Counted from the first letter of the stretch, positions 36,241-50,343 are shown. The stretch is DNA of 64,000 nucleotides from Podarcis liolepis (GCA_965112155.1 OZ218100.1); one strand, 5' to 3'. Numbers and translations: made by a program. Notes: generated by a model not told the origin, from the letters alone.

Positions 36241-37880
36241 TATGATCTCATCCAGCCCCTTTCTGGAGTTCTGATAACTCTGCACTTTGGAAATGTTATG
36301 ATTGTCACCTTCTGTTTTGAGCATCATTCCATGACGCAAAGCCAATGGAAAGCACCCTCTGTAATTTCCAAACCCTGGATCGAGCCAAGCGATAATTCTA
36401 CAAAGAAGTATTCACCCGAAAGTAGATTTCAGTTCTACAGCATTCCATACCATTCTTTTGTCCCTAGTTAGGGAGTTCATCATCTTGTGTGTACGCACAA
36501 CATGTAACACATCACTTGCTCTCCATTTGGATGTTTCCCTTGGGGGTTTCTGCATATAGCTTGAGATACATGAAAGGAACAGGGTGTAACAGGAGGCCAC
36601 AGAGTGCTTGCGCCGTCATCAGACGGCCTCTTCACTTAAAAGGATTTATTTATAGGACAAGTCGGTCGGTCGCTGTGTCACATGACCACGTGGGGAAACA
36701 GACCACAACTCAGCTTTAGGAAGAAGGCCATTCCCTGAGGAAATGGATGAATTTTGAATGACCTAGCTGGAGGGCCAAGTTGCTATAGTGATTAAAAGCA
36801 TGGAGGCAACTGAAGAGAGATCATCATTGTTGTGTGATGACTCGGGGAGGACCCAATATTGGAGCATGAATTGCTAATATTTCATCTTTGGGGGGATGAG
36901 GGATGGACTGCAGTCATCGCTCTGAGTAAAACACCGCCAGTCGCAGAACAGTAGCAGAAATGCTGACCACGTTTGCGCTTCTAATAAGCTCTCTCTCGAC
37001 AAATCTAATGCGGACGCTCGCTGCTGTTTCAGTCTCCCTTTTTGTAGTAGAACATTCTTCAGATTTCAATCTCTCTCCCTCTCTCCAATGCCCTGCTAGG
37101 CTACTGGTAATCTACTGCTAATCCTTTCTCCTCAGTAGCCACATAAAGAAATAAAAAGATGCCAGTTTGTGGCTTAGGCAGGCTACATTGAGGAAACCTC
37201 CACATTGCTGCCAAGACTTTCCATCTGCCACCTTACAGGCGCAGGTGCCAGGGAGTCTCCTCCGTACACAAAGCATGATAATAAAACACAAAGGACCAAT
37301 GTGCAGTAATAATTGCTAAACACACAGAAAGAGAGGCAAGAACTTTCTCCTTTTTTATATATGAAAGTTTACTTAAGTCTGCGGAGATTTGCATACAGAT
37401 GGCTAGGTCAGAGCACTGTGTGTGCTGCCTGGCCTACCCAGGGCAGGCTGCCTTTATAAGCACACACGGCTTTTACTATAGCATAGTGTTGTGGAGAGGC
37501 CTCATTCGGCACATACTGAATAGTCATTCAAGTAGCTTGCTTTGAAATGAGAAAAGACCTTGGATGGGAGGGTTGGGGGTGGGGGGGGAGAGGGAGGGAG
37601 CCGGAGTAAAAGAAAGCAAATTCTTTTCTTTGTGAGACAGAGGAGGAGTGTTGGGAAAGGGGCCAGAGGACTTAAAGAATGCGGGTTAGCAACCAGGAAT
37701 TAAGAGGAAAGTTTCTGTGGAGACACACAATTAGATATGTGGCATTCACCCTCTCCTTCTAGTGGGCAACAAGAGCAAGCACATTTCAAAGGGTTCATGG
37801 TGTGCATTAAAAGAGAGAGAGAGAGAGAGAGAGCACCCTGTTTCTTAAGCTATAAAGATAAGTATAACTGCCTGGAAATA

Positions 37881-37916
37881 ACACACACACACATACACAC
37901 ACACACACACACACAC
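37881..37916. repeat. (CA)n microsatellite, with (GA)n at ~37812-37832
   Basis: Directly visible. Confidence 0.9.
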
Positions 37917-40900
37917 GGGTTAACTTAAAAGCAGCAAGAAAGTTCTTCCAGGTGATGGCATAAAGCAAATAATGAACCACCCCAGATTCCATCCTGCCAG
38001 CCCAGGATTTGGGCCCTTGCTGCCTAGCTTGCTTTTGCAAGCGAAGAAATAAATAAGTAAATGATAAAACAGTGTCTGCGATCTGCTGACTTCGCTGAAA
38101 GCATTGTAAATGATGCTTGGTACTGATTTATGAAATGTCTTGTTGGCACATGCTTCCTTGGCAATGACAAGCCAGTATACAAAGGGACTGAGGGTTGCCT
38201 TGTATACTGGTGCCATCGAGAAGGACCCTGCCTTGAACAACCATATGTTGAGCACCTTGCGAACTGGACAAACCTAAGATAGTAAAAAAAAAAATAGGCC
38301 TTATCCCAGGTTTTATCTTCAGTGTTAAAAGTCCATCCAAAGAATCCAGCCAAGCCTTCTCATCGCCTTCCATGTAACAAATGGGCAGTTGCAACAGGTT
38401 TTCCTCCGCCATCTTGTGCAGACTCTGTGAGGGATCTTGTATGAGGTAGCACATAGGGAAAGCACACAAAGGCATTCTGATTTGTTTTTAAGTTTTCAGC
38501 ATGGCTTGGCCAGGCCAGGGGGAGAGTCACTGTATCTTTCATCATCATGAATGGTGTCACAGGTCCTATCCACTAGGTGGACATGACACTCGGCCACATT
38601 CCTCATAGCACTGTCAATGGTTGGGGGGAAAGCATTTTCCTGGGAATGTCAGGACCTAGTGCTGAGAATGTGTGGCGTCTCCAGAACATAAGTGTGCTAT
38701 AAAATGTGCGTTTTGTTATGTTTTTGGCTTTGCGGTTGTCATTTGGCAGACATTTTCTAAGCCTTAAAATCTAGGCGAAGATGAACATTATCAACACCAT
38801 CTGAACAGACCCTTCTTGAGCAAAAAGCAAGGAGCTGTCCATTTCACATATTCACAAGATGCCAAGGTACGTTTCAGGATTTGATTTGTGATTTTGAAAA
38901 GCTTTGATTCTGTTTTCAAAGACACAGCCAGCTCTTACTTAGGCAAAACTAAGCACTTTGCCAAGTCACTGATTTCACTAAACGAATATCCAACTCTTTG
39001 TCTTTCAGGTCCATGAGATCCAATACAGGGTTATCTGGATCATGTCCTTTGGGTTGTATCCAGGTGAAATTAGCTGCGCAAAGGTCCCACTGAAACCAAA
39101 GTGAAAATTATAACCAAGTCTCACTGAACTAAAGGAAACTAAGAGCAGGGAGGAGTGTGAGAATTTGTAGCACAGCAAGCCTAACATTCAACAGCTTGGT
39201 GGCTTGCTAGGGTGAAAGGTGGTAGGAACTTTACTACTACTATTACAATTATTATTATTTATTAGATTTCTTACCCGGCCTTCATCATAAGGTCCCAGGC
39301 ACATTACAACCATGAAAAAACAAAATATTAAAATCAGTTTAAACATTTTTGCCAGTCAGAAGAATGCATTGCATCCGTTAATAAATGTATATGTTCCTGT
39401 GCATATCACTTTCTTCCCCCACCCTGACTACTGTACCCTCGCTTTAGGTGCTGATGAACTCTTTACACAAGGTCGTTGTGAGGATTAGACCAGGAATTCA
39501 GCATTAAAACCCCAAGGCATAATTATGAACCCAGTCTGGAGCAGCAAGCTGCCAAACTATGTTAATTTCCTGGAGAGTACACCCATTTTCTAGGAGTGGA
39601 GGGGGAAAGCAAGGCTAGAAAGGACATCTCTAGTGAAAAGTCAAATAAATCTGAAATTGGTGGTCTGAACGTGACAGGATTGCATTTATATCCATACTAA
39701 AAAAAATTATTTCAAGTTTTAAAATTTGTATGGAAAAAGTAGTATTCCGGGTTAAAAGCTAAGCTAAACAAGAAGCCAGATTTCTTCAAGGTGACATGGT
39801 CATTTTGCATCTAGTTGCTGACTTAGGCATGTCTGCCAGTATCTGATTTATGATTTGCCATTGCGAGTGCCAGGTCTGCGGTTGGTGGAACCATAACATT
39901 AAATTCATTTTGTCACCTTGTTGTGCATAACTGTGTATGCGCTTGGTGTGGTCGGTATCCCAGCGATGCCAATGGCAAACACCACCCCTTGATTTTAGTG
40001 GATCTGGCTTGCGACTGCAATTTCTCCCTGCAAAAAAACCAGGCATATGCCAAACCCAGCCATCGCTTGCTTCTCTGCGGAGCACCTAATGCCCTGGAAA
40101 GGGAACAAATATGGCTTATTTCTGTCCTGAATATATATTTTCATAAACTTTATGGCCGCAATCCTGCATAGCATTATACACACATAAATCCCTTTCATTC
40201 CAGCAACGCTTGCCTATCTGTAACTGTGCACAGGATTGTAGCCTATGACTTCAGGGGGTGTGTTTCCCCCCCTCCCCCCCCCATTCCTAAGGTTAAGTCT
40301 TACATAATCACATAACATTTTACAAGCCATCTGAGTAAGGCAAGAGAAGGGCGGAAGGTGGGGAGGGGGGAGTTAGCCATGGACAAAATCCAGACTCTTG
40401 AATAGTCCTAACTGCTAAATTTCCATATAAATGATCCCTTTAGGAGTTAGGCATTTACTTCCAAGGCCTTCCTGGTCTGTGAGGTCTGAAATTATGCCAG
40501 TCTGGGGTTCAAAGCAATCTCAAGATCTCTAAGAATTTCCTAGAACCATGTGCCCCTGGGCACCGCTGAATACATTAGGGGTGGGGAGGAATTCGTGGCT
40601 TTTCTGTTGTGCTAAAAACACAAACACAGCTTGCCCAACGGAATGGCCTCCCTGCTTCTCTCCCCTTGAATGTTGTTCTGACACCACCACCCCCGAGCAG
40701 ATTTGGGGGGCATACAGGGGGGTGCAGAGGGGGAAAGCTCCATTGTGCTAGCAGGAAACCTTGCACTGGTTTCTGCTAGCGGACCTATTTGGTTGATTCC
40801 AGTTCTGTTTCCCCCAAATCCCACCATATACAGTTATATCTCAAATGTTGCAAAATACTACAAAATTACCCTTTATTTAAAAAAAGTATTCAGGATGATA

Positions 40901-40965
40901 TGTATTATTTTATAAAACTATTTCTCTGCTTCCTTTCACTTCAGAGTGCACTGAGGCAGCTTAAA

Positions 40966-41277
40966 GGTCGTGACTGACTCTGGGGTTGTGGCGCTCATCT
41001 CACTTTATTGGCCAAGGGAGCCGGCGTACAGCTTCCGGGTCATGTGGCCAGCATGACTAAGCCGCTTCTGGCGAACCAGAGCAGCGCACAGAAACACTGT
41101 TTACCTTCCCGCCGGAGCGGTACCTATTTATCTACTTGCACTTTGACATGCTTTCGAACTGCTAGGTTGGCAGGAGCAGGGACCGAGCAACGGGAGCTCA
41201 CCCCATCGCGGGGATTCGACCTTCTGATCGGCAAGTCCTAGGCTCTGTGGTTTAACCCACAGCGCCACCCGCGTCCC
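40966..41277 (-). mobile_element. Sauria SINE
   Basis: Matches the other copies; flanked by direct repeat CTGAGGCAGCTT. Confidence 0.85.
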
Positions 41278-41298
41278 TGAGGCAGCTTTAAACTGGTT

Positions 41299-41800
41299 AA
41301 ATAAATAAATAATACTCCGCCCATCTGGCTGGGTTTCCCAGCAAAATATAAACATTAAAAGCTTCCCGATACAGGGCTGCCTTCAGAAAATTGTGTAGTT
41401 CTTTATCTCCTTGACATCTGATGGGAGGGTGTTCCACAGGAAGGGTGCCACTGCTGAGAAGGCCCTCTGTCTAGTTCCCTGTAACTTCACTTCTCACTGT
41501 GAGGGAACCACCAGAAGACCCTTGGAGAAAGATTTCAGTGTCCGGGCTGAGCAATGGGAGTGGAGATGCTTCTTCAGGTATACTGGGCCAAGGCCGTTTA
41601 GGGCTTTAAAGGTCAGTACTGACACTTTGAATTGTGCTTGGAAACGTACTGGGAGCCACTGAATATCCTTTAGGAACGGTGTTATATGGTCCTCGCAGCC
41701 ACTCCCAGTCAACAGTCTAGCTGCCGTATTCTGGGTTAGCTGTAGTTTCCAAGTTACCTTCAAAGGTAGCTCCATGTAGAGTGCATTGCAGTAGCCCAAG
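41299..41800 (-). mobile_element. L2-clade LINE 3' fragment
   Basis: Minus-strand translation YCNALYMELPLKVTWKLQLTQNTAARLLTG...HITPFLKDIQWLPVRFQAQFK; same family as 29750. Confidence 0.8.
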
Positions 41801-43184
41801 CAGTTCTTTACTGGCGTTCTATGAGCACTGTAAGAAGCCCCACCATATTCTGCACCAGCTGCGAGTCCAAACTTATCATAAGGTATGTGCCAATGAGGCC
41901 ATAAGGTTACCAATGGTCCAGGCTAGAGGTTACCACTATGCTGAAGGTATCTAATGAACATAGCAACCATTGCTGCCCATAGCCACTGATGTCACTTGTG
42001 TCTCTGGTAGCATTGTTGGATCTAGGAGCATCCCGAATTATTCACTTGCTCCTCCAAAACATGTCCACCATTGTATCCAGGCATCAGTTCAGAATATTTT
42101 TGTTTGTGTGTCACACTAATTAAACCCACAACAGTCCCAAAGCAAGACTAAATACCTTCTCAGCTCTTTCACCCGATCTCCCCGCTGTCGTTTTTTGAGC
42201 ATGCTGCGCTTTATTTTCTCATGATAAGATGTCTGAAAAGAATCATTTTCCAGAATGGATTCTCTCCCTTTACACTCTGATGGGGGGAAAGAGTCTGTCA
42301 TGAAAGCAACCGGCAAGCCATGGAAAAGCCTCTTCGTGATTTTTCGCTTAAAATCACAAAGCAATCAGGAATTTGAAATGACAGCCTCTCATTCTTATGA
42401 CTGATTTCACATAAGCGCTGAAACAACTCCAAGTGATGAATTCTATTTTTTAAAGGGGGGGAAATGATGCTTGTTATACAGTAAGTAAGCAAAAGCGAAA
42501 ATCAGATTCCAAACCTTGAGGTACTTAAATAAAAGAAGAATGTACTTGAGTGCAACACCTTGCAAAGGAGATTGCTTTTCCCCACAACTATAACTGAAAT
42601 GTGTAACATGCCTTTCATCGATACGTTATTTAATAGGTAAAGTATCTAGGATGGTTATCACTGTGTTTAGCAGTTGCTGCATTGATGCCATTTGGAGCAT
42701 ATCATCCAGTTTCCAGATGATCTAGCAGCTATGCCAGCATATGGAAATCTGCAGGAGAGGGGATTGCTGTGTGTTTAATTAGTGTGCCACTGGAAAAACT
42801 TAGATTTGCTATATCTAAATGTGAAAATGTGAGGGTGAGATTAAAGATACGGTTACCGGTAAGTCCAGTCAAAGTCTACTATGGGGTTCAGTGTTCATCT
42901 CACTTTTCAGGCCGAAGGAGCCAGTGTTTATAATAATAATTTATTATTTATACCCCGCCCATCTGGCTGGGCTTCCCCAGCCACTGGGGTTTATCCACAG
43001 ACAGCTTTCCGGGTCATGTGACCAGCATGACTAAACTGCTTCTGGCGCAATGGGACGCCCCTCTTTCAGAACTACTGCCATCTCTTTGGATCTCACAGTG
43101 CAAACCTAAAAGTGCTTGTAAAGGTGGTTCAATCCTAGAAGTCTTTTTTGGCTTTAGCCGCATATGCCAAAGTCGGTCCTGAGA

Positions 43185-43290
43185 ATAAAAAAGTTCCTTC
43201 CAGTAGCACCTTAAAGACCAACTAAGTTGCTACTGGAAGGAACTTTTTTATTTTGACTATGGCAGACCAACACGGCTACCTATCTGTAAC
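43185..43290. mobile_element. Penelope-like mini insertion with inverted terminal segment
   Basis: CAGTAGCACCTTAAAGACCAAC and CAGACCAACACGGCTACC resemble squamate Penelope termini (recall); ~25-bp inverted repeat; 12-bp direct repeat TCGGTCCTGAGA at 43173-43184 and 43291-43302. Confidence 0.65.
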
Positions 43291-43441
43291 TCGGTCCTGA
43301 GAGTAATACCTCAAAAGGGCAAATGGTCCGAGCGACTTTATACAAGCTCAGACTATTTGTCTGTGTAGCCCAGCAGCTCTCCAGGATCTTAGGACTTTCA
43401 TGCCTCCTACTCTGTGAGCCTTCAAACTGCAGGTGCCAAGT

Positions 43442-43771
43442 CAGTGCCAGATATAGTATAAGCTTTAGTATAAGCTAAACAAGCTGTAGCTTAGGGCTCC
43501 ACTCTCTTGGGGGCCCCAAAAAAAATTAAAGGAAAAAAACTGGATGTACATTTTCAAAATATAAGATAAAAAAAAACAAATAAAATAAAACCTACATACA
43601 GCAACAGTGTTTTATGTTGTGTAGGCTCCTAGGATGTAAGTAATGGGCCCCGCCTGCTAGCCTGCTCCCTAAAATATCACTGGTTTGTGGTTGACAAAGG
43701 ACAGCTGGACATATAAAGGGCCCCATTACCGTCAGGAGCTTAGGGCCTCATCAAACCTAAATCTGGCCCCG
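43442..43771. mobile_element. Non-autonomous DNA transposon, inverted copy of the 34022 family
   Basis: Reverse-complement identity to 34022-34516 with an internal deletion. Confidence 0.75.
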
Positions 43772-44610
43772 GTGCCAGGGACTGAAGCTGGGACCTGTAT
43801 GCAGAGCTTGGGCTGTGCAACTGAGCCATGGCTCCCTCTCAGAAGCAACAAGTTTTGCTCTCACATTGGAATCCTAGAAATCATAGAATTGTAGAGTTGG
43901 AAGTTCAACTTCCTGCAATGCAGGAACATGCCGCTGTCCCATATGGGGATCAAACCTACAACCTAGGCGTTATCAGCACCCTGCTCTAACCAACTGAGCT
44001 ATCCAGAGCCTGGAAGGGAGAAGGAGTCCAGGAAGAGGGGAGTATACTGGCCTATAGGATGACTTTGTTCCCTGTTGGGTACCTTAGTGTGGATAGCACT
44101 CCTGGAAAGCAGCGTTTTCATCTGGCCAGAGAAAGAAGTGCTTTGTTTTTGTAGCTAGCTGGGAGAAAGGACAGGAGGGCTCACGCCATTCTAGAACTAG
44201 TACACAGCCAGCCTGCATGTCTGCTTGGTCAGCTTGCGTATTTATAAATAGTCCAGGGTTCTCAGAAAGAGAAAGCAGCATGCAAACGACTTCCTGCTGC
44301 TTTTGGGTGTGGGGAGCATGTCATTTTCCTTTGACAAATGGTGGAGGGAATGAAGTAATTTCTGGCTACATGGTCTGCGGCGGCAGCCATTGGCACTGGC
44401 AGTCAGTGGCCGTTTGGCACTGTGCAAGGGGTCCTTTTTTCAGAGGAAGAAAAGTGGAGAGAGTGCCAATGTATTGGGAGGTCCGATGGAATGCTATCGC
44501 TATGCAACCTTATGCCAACAAATCAGGGCATGATCCTGCAACCATGCCACAGCTACGTAGGCCTGGGTTTGGTCACTGCCTCGGCCAGGGAGGGCGGGAT
44601 ACAAATAAAA

Positions 44611-44660
<50 letters not shown>
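44611..44660. repeat. (TAT)n microsatellite at the end of an L2-type tail
   Basis: Directly visible; preceded by GGGCGGGATACAAATAAAA. Confidence 0.9.
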
Positions 44661-44661
<1 letters not shown>

Positions 44662-44797
44662 CTGTGTACAAAACCAGTTTCTGTACTCCACTCAAAGTTG
44701 CATCATGGTAGAAAAGGTGGGATCTAAATGTAAGAGATGTTAAGGAGAATGAGTGTTGTTTAAAGGCATGTAGGTAAAACATCAAAGCTCTTCCTTA

Positions 44798-45154
44798 AAG
44801 GTAAAGGGTAAAGGGACCCCTGACCATTAGGTCCAGTCGTGACCGACTCTGGGGTTGCGGTGCTCATCTCGCTTTATTGGCGAAGGGAGCCGGCGTACAG
44901 CTTCCAGGTCATGTGGCTAGCATGACTAAGCAGCTTCTGGCGAACCAGAGCAGCGCACGGAAATGCCGTTTACCTTCCTGCTGGAGCGGTACCTATTTAT
45001 CTACTTGCACTTTGACGTGCTTTCAAACTGCTAGGTTGGCAGGAGCAGGGACCGAGCAACGGTAGCTCACCCCGTCGCAGGGATTCGAACCGCCGACCTT
45101 CTGATCGGCAAGTCCTAGGCTCTGTGGTTTAACCCACAGTGCCACCCACATCCC
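44798..45154 (-). mobile_element. Sauria SINE (full length)
   Basis: AAAGGTAAAGGGTAAAGGGACCCC to CACAGTGCCACCCACATCCC; flanked by direct repeat GCTCTTCCTTA. Confidence 0.88.
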
Positions 45155-45743
45155 AAGGCTCTTCCTTACTGACTATCAAACAGAACACCAGTGTAGTTCT
45201 TGAAGTGAGAAAGGATTGGTCTCCAGATACTGGAAAGTAATTAACCAAACACCAGTGTAGCAACCTCCACCAGAAAGATTACCCAAAGTTGTTGAGCTTT
45301 CTTGGGGGAGATAACTCTATCCAAGCTGGGCACATGGGAGAGATGGTTGCTTCTGCACCCTAAAGCCCCCGGGCCACCCACCAACACTTTTTTCAAACCT
45401 AATTGCTGGGATGATAGGCAAGTGCATGCTTTTGCATAGTTGCAATATGTGTCTGGTTCTGGTGTTTGCATGCGGCGTCCAGAACAGTTTCTCTGGTTTG
45501 CAAATGTGCCTATGGGTTAAAAACTAAGTTGGCAACCTCTGAATTAAGAGTGTTGAACAAGGGCCAGGGACACCTTTCTGTCCAAATCCTCACACACCCA
45601 TGAAGTTCACTGCTGGTTCAAAACACACTGGAAGAATCTTGAAAAACAAAAGCAGCAACAGAAAACAAACTGGAGTGAAAGTCACATTGAACTCAGTGAG
45701 GTTTACCTTTCAGGAAAACATGCTGTGAACTAGGCTAAATGTA

Positions 45744-45786
<43 letters not shown>

Positions 45787-48362
45787 CGCGCGTATGAGTT
45801 GTACAACAACATCTGAATATACAGTTGTCTTTAGAAAAAGGCCCTTGAGATTTGTTCACCACCACTGTCCGGTCTTTACACACCTTATTTAAGTACGTAG
45901 ATCCAAAGGAAACCCTCAAAACTCTTGCTGCTAATGATGTTGCCTGTTAAAAATTGGGCAATGCTACCTGCAAATGCGCCTCACTAAATAACTGTGGAGA
46001 TGCCAATTTTAAGGTAATTAAAAAAAAAAAAAGCAACTCCACTAATCAGCATCCCCTTTGATCTGTTTAACCCCAAAGGTCAACACATCCTGACCCCATC
46101 AATGCTCTTGCTCTGCAGTTGCCTGGCTTGGGTCATTTCTCCCATTGTTTTATTCATCCCGTATTAACTTCAAAACGAAGCAGCAACGTTCCAGTGTACC
46201 TTGCAAATCCTCCTGATCTCACAATAGGTGAAGGCTCATTGTTTCCCTCCAAATCGGTCCCCATTGTGCCCATTCAGCAAAATCGTTCATTTCCTCAGTC
46301 TAATGACTGCATCCTATTCCAGACTGAAAGCATTTTGTCATTCTGACGGTAGAGGATATTCAGGCCCTTTGATCTTACCTGTTATTGCTTTCAGTTCTTC
46401 AGCTACTGAGCTGGGAAAAGAACTGTGCTTAAAGCTGGAAGCCAGTAAGTAAGTGTGTGTGAGTGAGTGAGAGAGAGGGGGGCTTGGGACTCGCATGAAA
46501 TACCATTTATATACCTTTTTTATTACAATATCATCGTGAAGGTGTAGCCATTGACATGCAGAAGTGTGCAAACTCTTTTTCCCGTTTGAAAGAGGCTTTT
46601 GAAGGTGGAGGTATTCCAAAGTACTTAGTGCGGGCTGACAATCGCCACCGCTGTAATGAGCTCCCATTAAAAGTAAGCCTATTACTTGGGAGAGATGGGC
46701 ACCATCCAGTCAAAGGGAAGCACATATTAAGTCCGACAGAAGCTTGCAGCCAAAAGGGTTTGCTGGCTTATGCAGATCAGCGTGTGAATTTCTGCACCCA
46801 ATTCCCCTTTATCATTGTCAAGTCACACTACCGCATCCATGGTAGAAGCTGCAGCCTTTAGAGTTCTCTCTCTTATGAGCTATATGGACAGGAACATCTA
46901 AATGTTTAGATCTGCCATGCGTATGTCCTTCATCGGGCACAGTACCCAAGTGATATCTTCATAACCTCTTCTACCTGTCTTTCCCCAAGTTTTTTTCCTT
47001 GTTTTGCTCCCAAGTTTGCACTCCCCTGTTTAGCTCTTGGTTGCATAGTACCTGAGGTTTTCACCCCAGCCAAACTGACAATTATCTCTTGCCAAAGAAG
47101 TTTGACTGCAATATTTCATAGCTGATTACTTTGCTTCTTGAACACAGAATAGCCCATAGCATGGCACCAGCTCAGCCAACCAGTCTCAGATGCTTCCCTG
47201 CCACAAAGCCCACTGTGGATGTATAAAATTTGTTGTTCTGAGGTCGCACAAATTATGGCTGTTCTCAAGAAAGGGTAGGGCTACAAAGCATGAGCAGCAT
47301 AAATGTTTCTTACGTCTAAACGCTAAGTCAAACTCTGCGTTTTTCTTATTCCTGCCAGAGATTATGAAAGACATTGCTTTACATGAAAGGAACATCCATT
47401 TGCCGGTTTTGATTCTTCTGTTAAGAATTAAATTGCTCATAATTGAGGTCTTCAAAACAATACCAGGAACTGGGTTTCTCCATATGTAAAAAAGGCTTAC
47501 AATAAATGCTACTCCAATTTCTGTTTTGTAAGTGGCCAGTATCCCAGTGAGGGATTTCAATCTGTGAAATGTGGGACAGGTAATTAAAATATAAACCAGA
47601 ACTGATAACAGAGGGGTGGGAGCCAAGATTGTACTGGCAGGCAATAAATTATTCATTATAAGCTTTTATTTTTTTTTAAAGATGTACTTGTTTTATTCAT
47701 GAGTTTGCTTTTTTCAGATGGTTCCGTTATAACACTGGAACTTGAAAGTAGTAAGCAAAAATAATTTAATTTTTTGCAGGCCTGATGTAATGTTTGGGAG
47801 CATTTAATTCACTTTGCAGGTATCAGTTCGATCTGATATTCTCAAGCTGCATTTTCCCCATTTCTTGGAAAAAAAAGTGAACCAACCCCAACCAATTCTT
47901 ACTGACTGGTTTTTTCGTTGGTTTTTTAAACCAGAACATTTCTCTATTTTGTTATCTGAACATCACTCACAATCCTGAATGCCTGTTGCATGGTAGAAAG
48001 ATATTCACAGAACTAAAATGATAGAATACTTAACACTGGTCAAATGTACAGTTTTCTAGATTCGTAGATTACAAATATTATGTAGAATTGTTGCCTTTTT
48101 AATTGGTATCTATTGAAGCACTGTTAATGGTGGAATTCATAACCACAGTTTAATAGGTGTTTTTACCTTGTATTTTATTCTGCAAGATCTTGTGATGAAG
48201 GGCAGTACATTAACAGCAACAACAACAACAACAGCGATAACAATACAGTAATAGGTTGCTGATCAACTTCATGATCAAAAATACTCAGCCTGATCCTATG
48301 GATATTCACTTACAAGAAAGTCACACTGTCTAGCAGGGCTTACTCACAGGTAAGAGTGTCGG

Positions 48363-48794
48363 TGGAAGAAGATTGGAAGAAATTTAAAGACTATTTACAG
48401 AAATACTGCAAAATTAATGAATGTTAGAATGAGGTTGGATTGAAGTTAAGTGGTTTTTAGCAGCAATGTTAAAAGGAATATGTAAAAATGGGTTGTTAAC
48501 AGGTGATAATTTAAAGTTATTATATTTCAAGATAAGAGATTAAGATAAAATCAAAGAGGGAAAGGATTTGCTGAACTAACTAATTTGAACTGGAATACAA
48601 AAAGGGAGGTGTGAGGAGGTCGGGGAAACAAGCAAATGAAAGATAAGGCATGGAAAGACTAATCTGTTTTTTTTTAAATTGTTTTTATCTTGTATTTTCA
48701 TTTTTTATTTTCCCCCTTTTTTCTTTACTTCTTTTTTTTTGCTTATTTTTGTAATATGTTGAAAATTTAATAAATATCTAAAAAAAAAAAAAAA
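48363..48794 (+). mobile_element. L1 LINE, 5'-truncated (ORF2 end, 3' UTR, polyA)
   Basis: Starts EEDWKKFKDYLQKYCKINEC*; AATAAA and polyA; 11-bp TSD AAGAGTGTCGG (48352-48362, 48795-48805). Confidence 0.85.
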
Positions 48795-49917
48795 AAGAGT
48801 GTCGGGACTGCAGCCTTTCTATGTGGTCCAGATTCTGCTTGGGCAAGCCTATGCTACACAACAAGTGCATTGTTTGATTCCTTTTCTTCCTTCCTTTCTG
48901 TTTTTACCCCACACATGTGCAGAGCAAATTGAAAGTGATCAATTTCATTAATGCCGTGGTATTGCAGAGTTCATTGTTTTGGGAACCCTCTGAATTAGCT
49001 CCACAAAGGAAATTGCTCTTCTGATCTGCTGCACTGATATAGAAATGAATGTGTTATATTTCCAAGAAATAATAGGCCAGCTACCCCCTTAACCCACCTC
49101 TCTCGTTGCCTCTCTTCCTTTAGGGTATGTGGATGAATTAATTTTTGCCCTTCTTTTGTCCTTTACTGCTTCGTGTCCCCCTGGGTTTCATAATTTTAAT
49201 ACCCAGCTTCCGTATTCCTAGGAATATAAATGGTATTTCCTCTTTTTTGAGCCGGCTCCAAAATGCTGTTCTTCTCTTAGTATACAACATTCGTGCTCAG
49301 GAACGCTGCCTTTTGGCATAGCTCTGCTGACCACGGCAAGTATAGTCTGAAACAGAGCAGGCAGTATTTCTCCAATCCAGTCTGACCATTGTGGGACTAC
49401 AGGCATCTTCCAGATGTGAACCCCAGCCAGCATGGCCAATGCTAAGGGGTGATGGGAGTTGTAGTCCAACAACATCTGGCAGGTCGTGGGTACCCTATCC
49501 CTGATCTACTAGGTTAGTCACACCTCACATACAAGCTCAGGAGCAGACCCTTCCTGCTTTCACTGCCCTATCACAGGTTTGGGGGTTCAGGCAGAAATTA
49601 CACCCACTATTTAGCAGCTCTAGAATCTAGCCCTCTTCAGTCTACTCCTGAATAAGTTGATTTTGGGTGTCTCACACATTGGCTCTGCAGAATCTGAGAT
49701 GTAGCCAACTGCTGAACACTTATCACCTATCTCAAAATTGCTTCCTAAACTTTGCATTCCCTTCTCTCCATCCAGCTGGCAGAGGAGGCCATCATTTTTT
49801 AACAGCTTGGCCCTGGCAGTTGCTAGGCCTGAATATCCTGTGGTGGTGGTGGAAGCTTAGAGAGGTTGTGCTCCTTCCACCATGCACATGCCATAACATA
49901 TAAAACATCGATGGATC

Positions 49918-50051
49918 CAGGTCTTTTTCAGCTGGAGCTCGCCAGAACTCAGTTCCGGCACCACTCAGGTGGGCGCCATTGCCATTCTAAGAGAAGGAGG
50001 GAGGTATTCATCGTGAGTTCCAGGACCTCTTTTTCTAGAAAAATAGCACTG
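49918..50051. mobile_element. Short hAT-type MITE
   Basis: Imperfect TIR CAGGTCTTTTT / AAAAATAGCACTG; 8-bp flanks GATGGATC / GGTGGATC. Confidence 0.55.
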
Positions 50052-50067
50052 GGTGGATCCACATAAA

Positions 50068-50343
50068 CACTGAGACCTAGCAGTTTGAAAACACGCCCCA
50101 AAGTGCAAGTAGATTAATAGGTACCACTCCGGCGAGAAGGTAAACAGCATTTCCGTGCGCTGCTCTGGTTTCGGTGTTTCGTTGTGGCAGATGTGGCTTA
50201 GTCATGCTGGCCACATGACCCGGAAAAACTGTCTGTGGACAAATGCTGGCTCCCTCGGCCAGTAAAGTGAGATGAGCACCGTAACCCCAGAGTTGTCTGC
50301 GACTGGACTTACCTGTCAGGGGTCCTTTACCTTTTTACCTTTT
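50068..50343 (+). mobile_element. Sauria SINE, 5'-truncated
   Basis: Body and CCTTTACC tail match the other copies. Confidence 0.8.

Noticed and set aside
38128-38475. Minus-strand CAAGATGGCGG start with ORF MAEENLLQLP..., a 39-nt hairpin (38172-38210) and TGAGGTAG (~38442)
   Set aside because: No recognisable protein; the hairpin is too short for a pre-miRNA; the let-7-like 8-mer lacks the rest of the mature sequence and stem.
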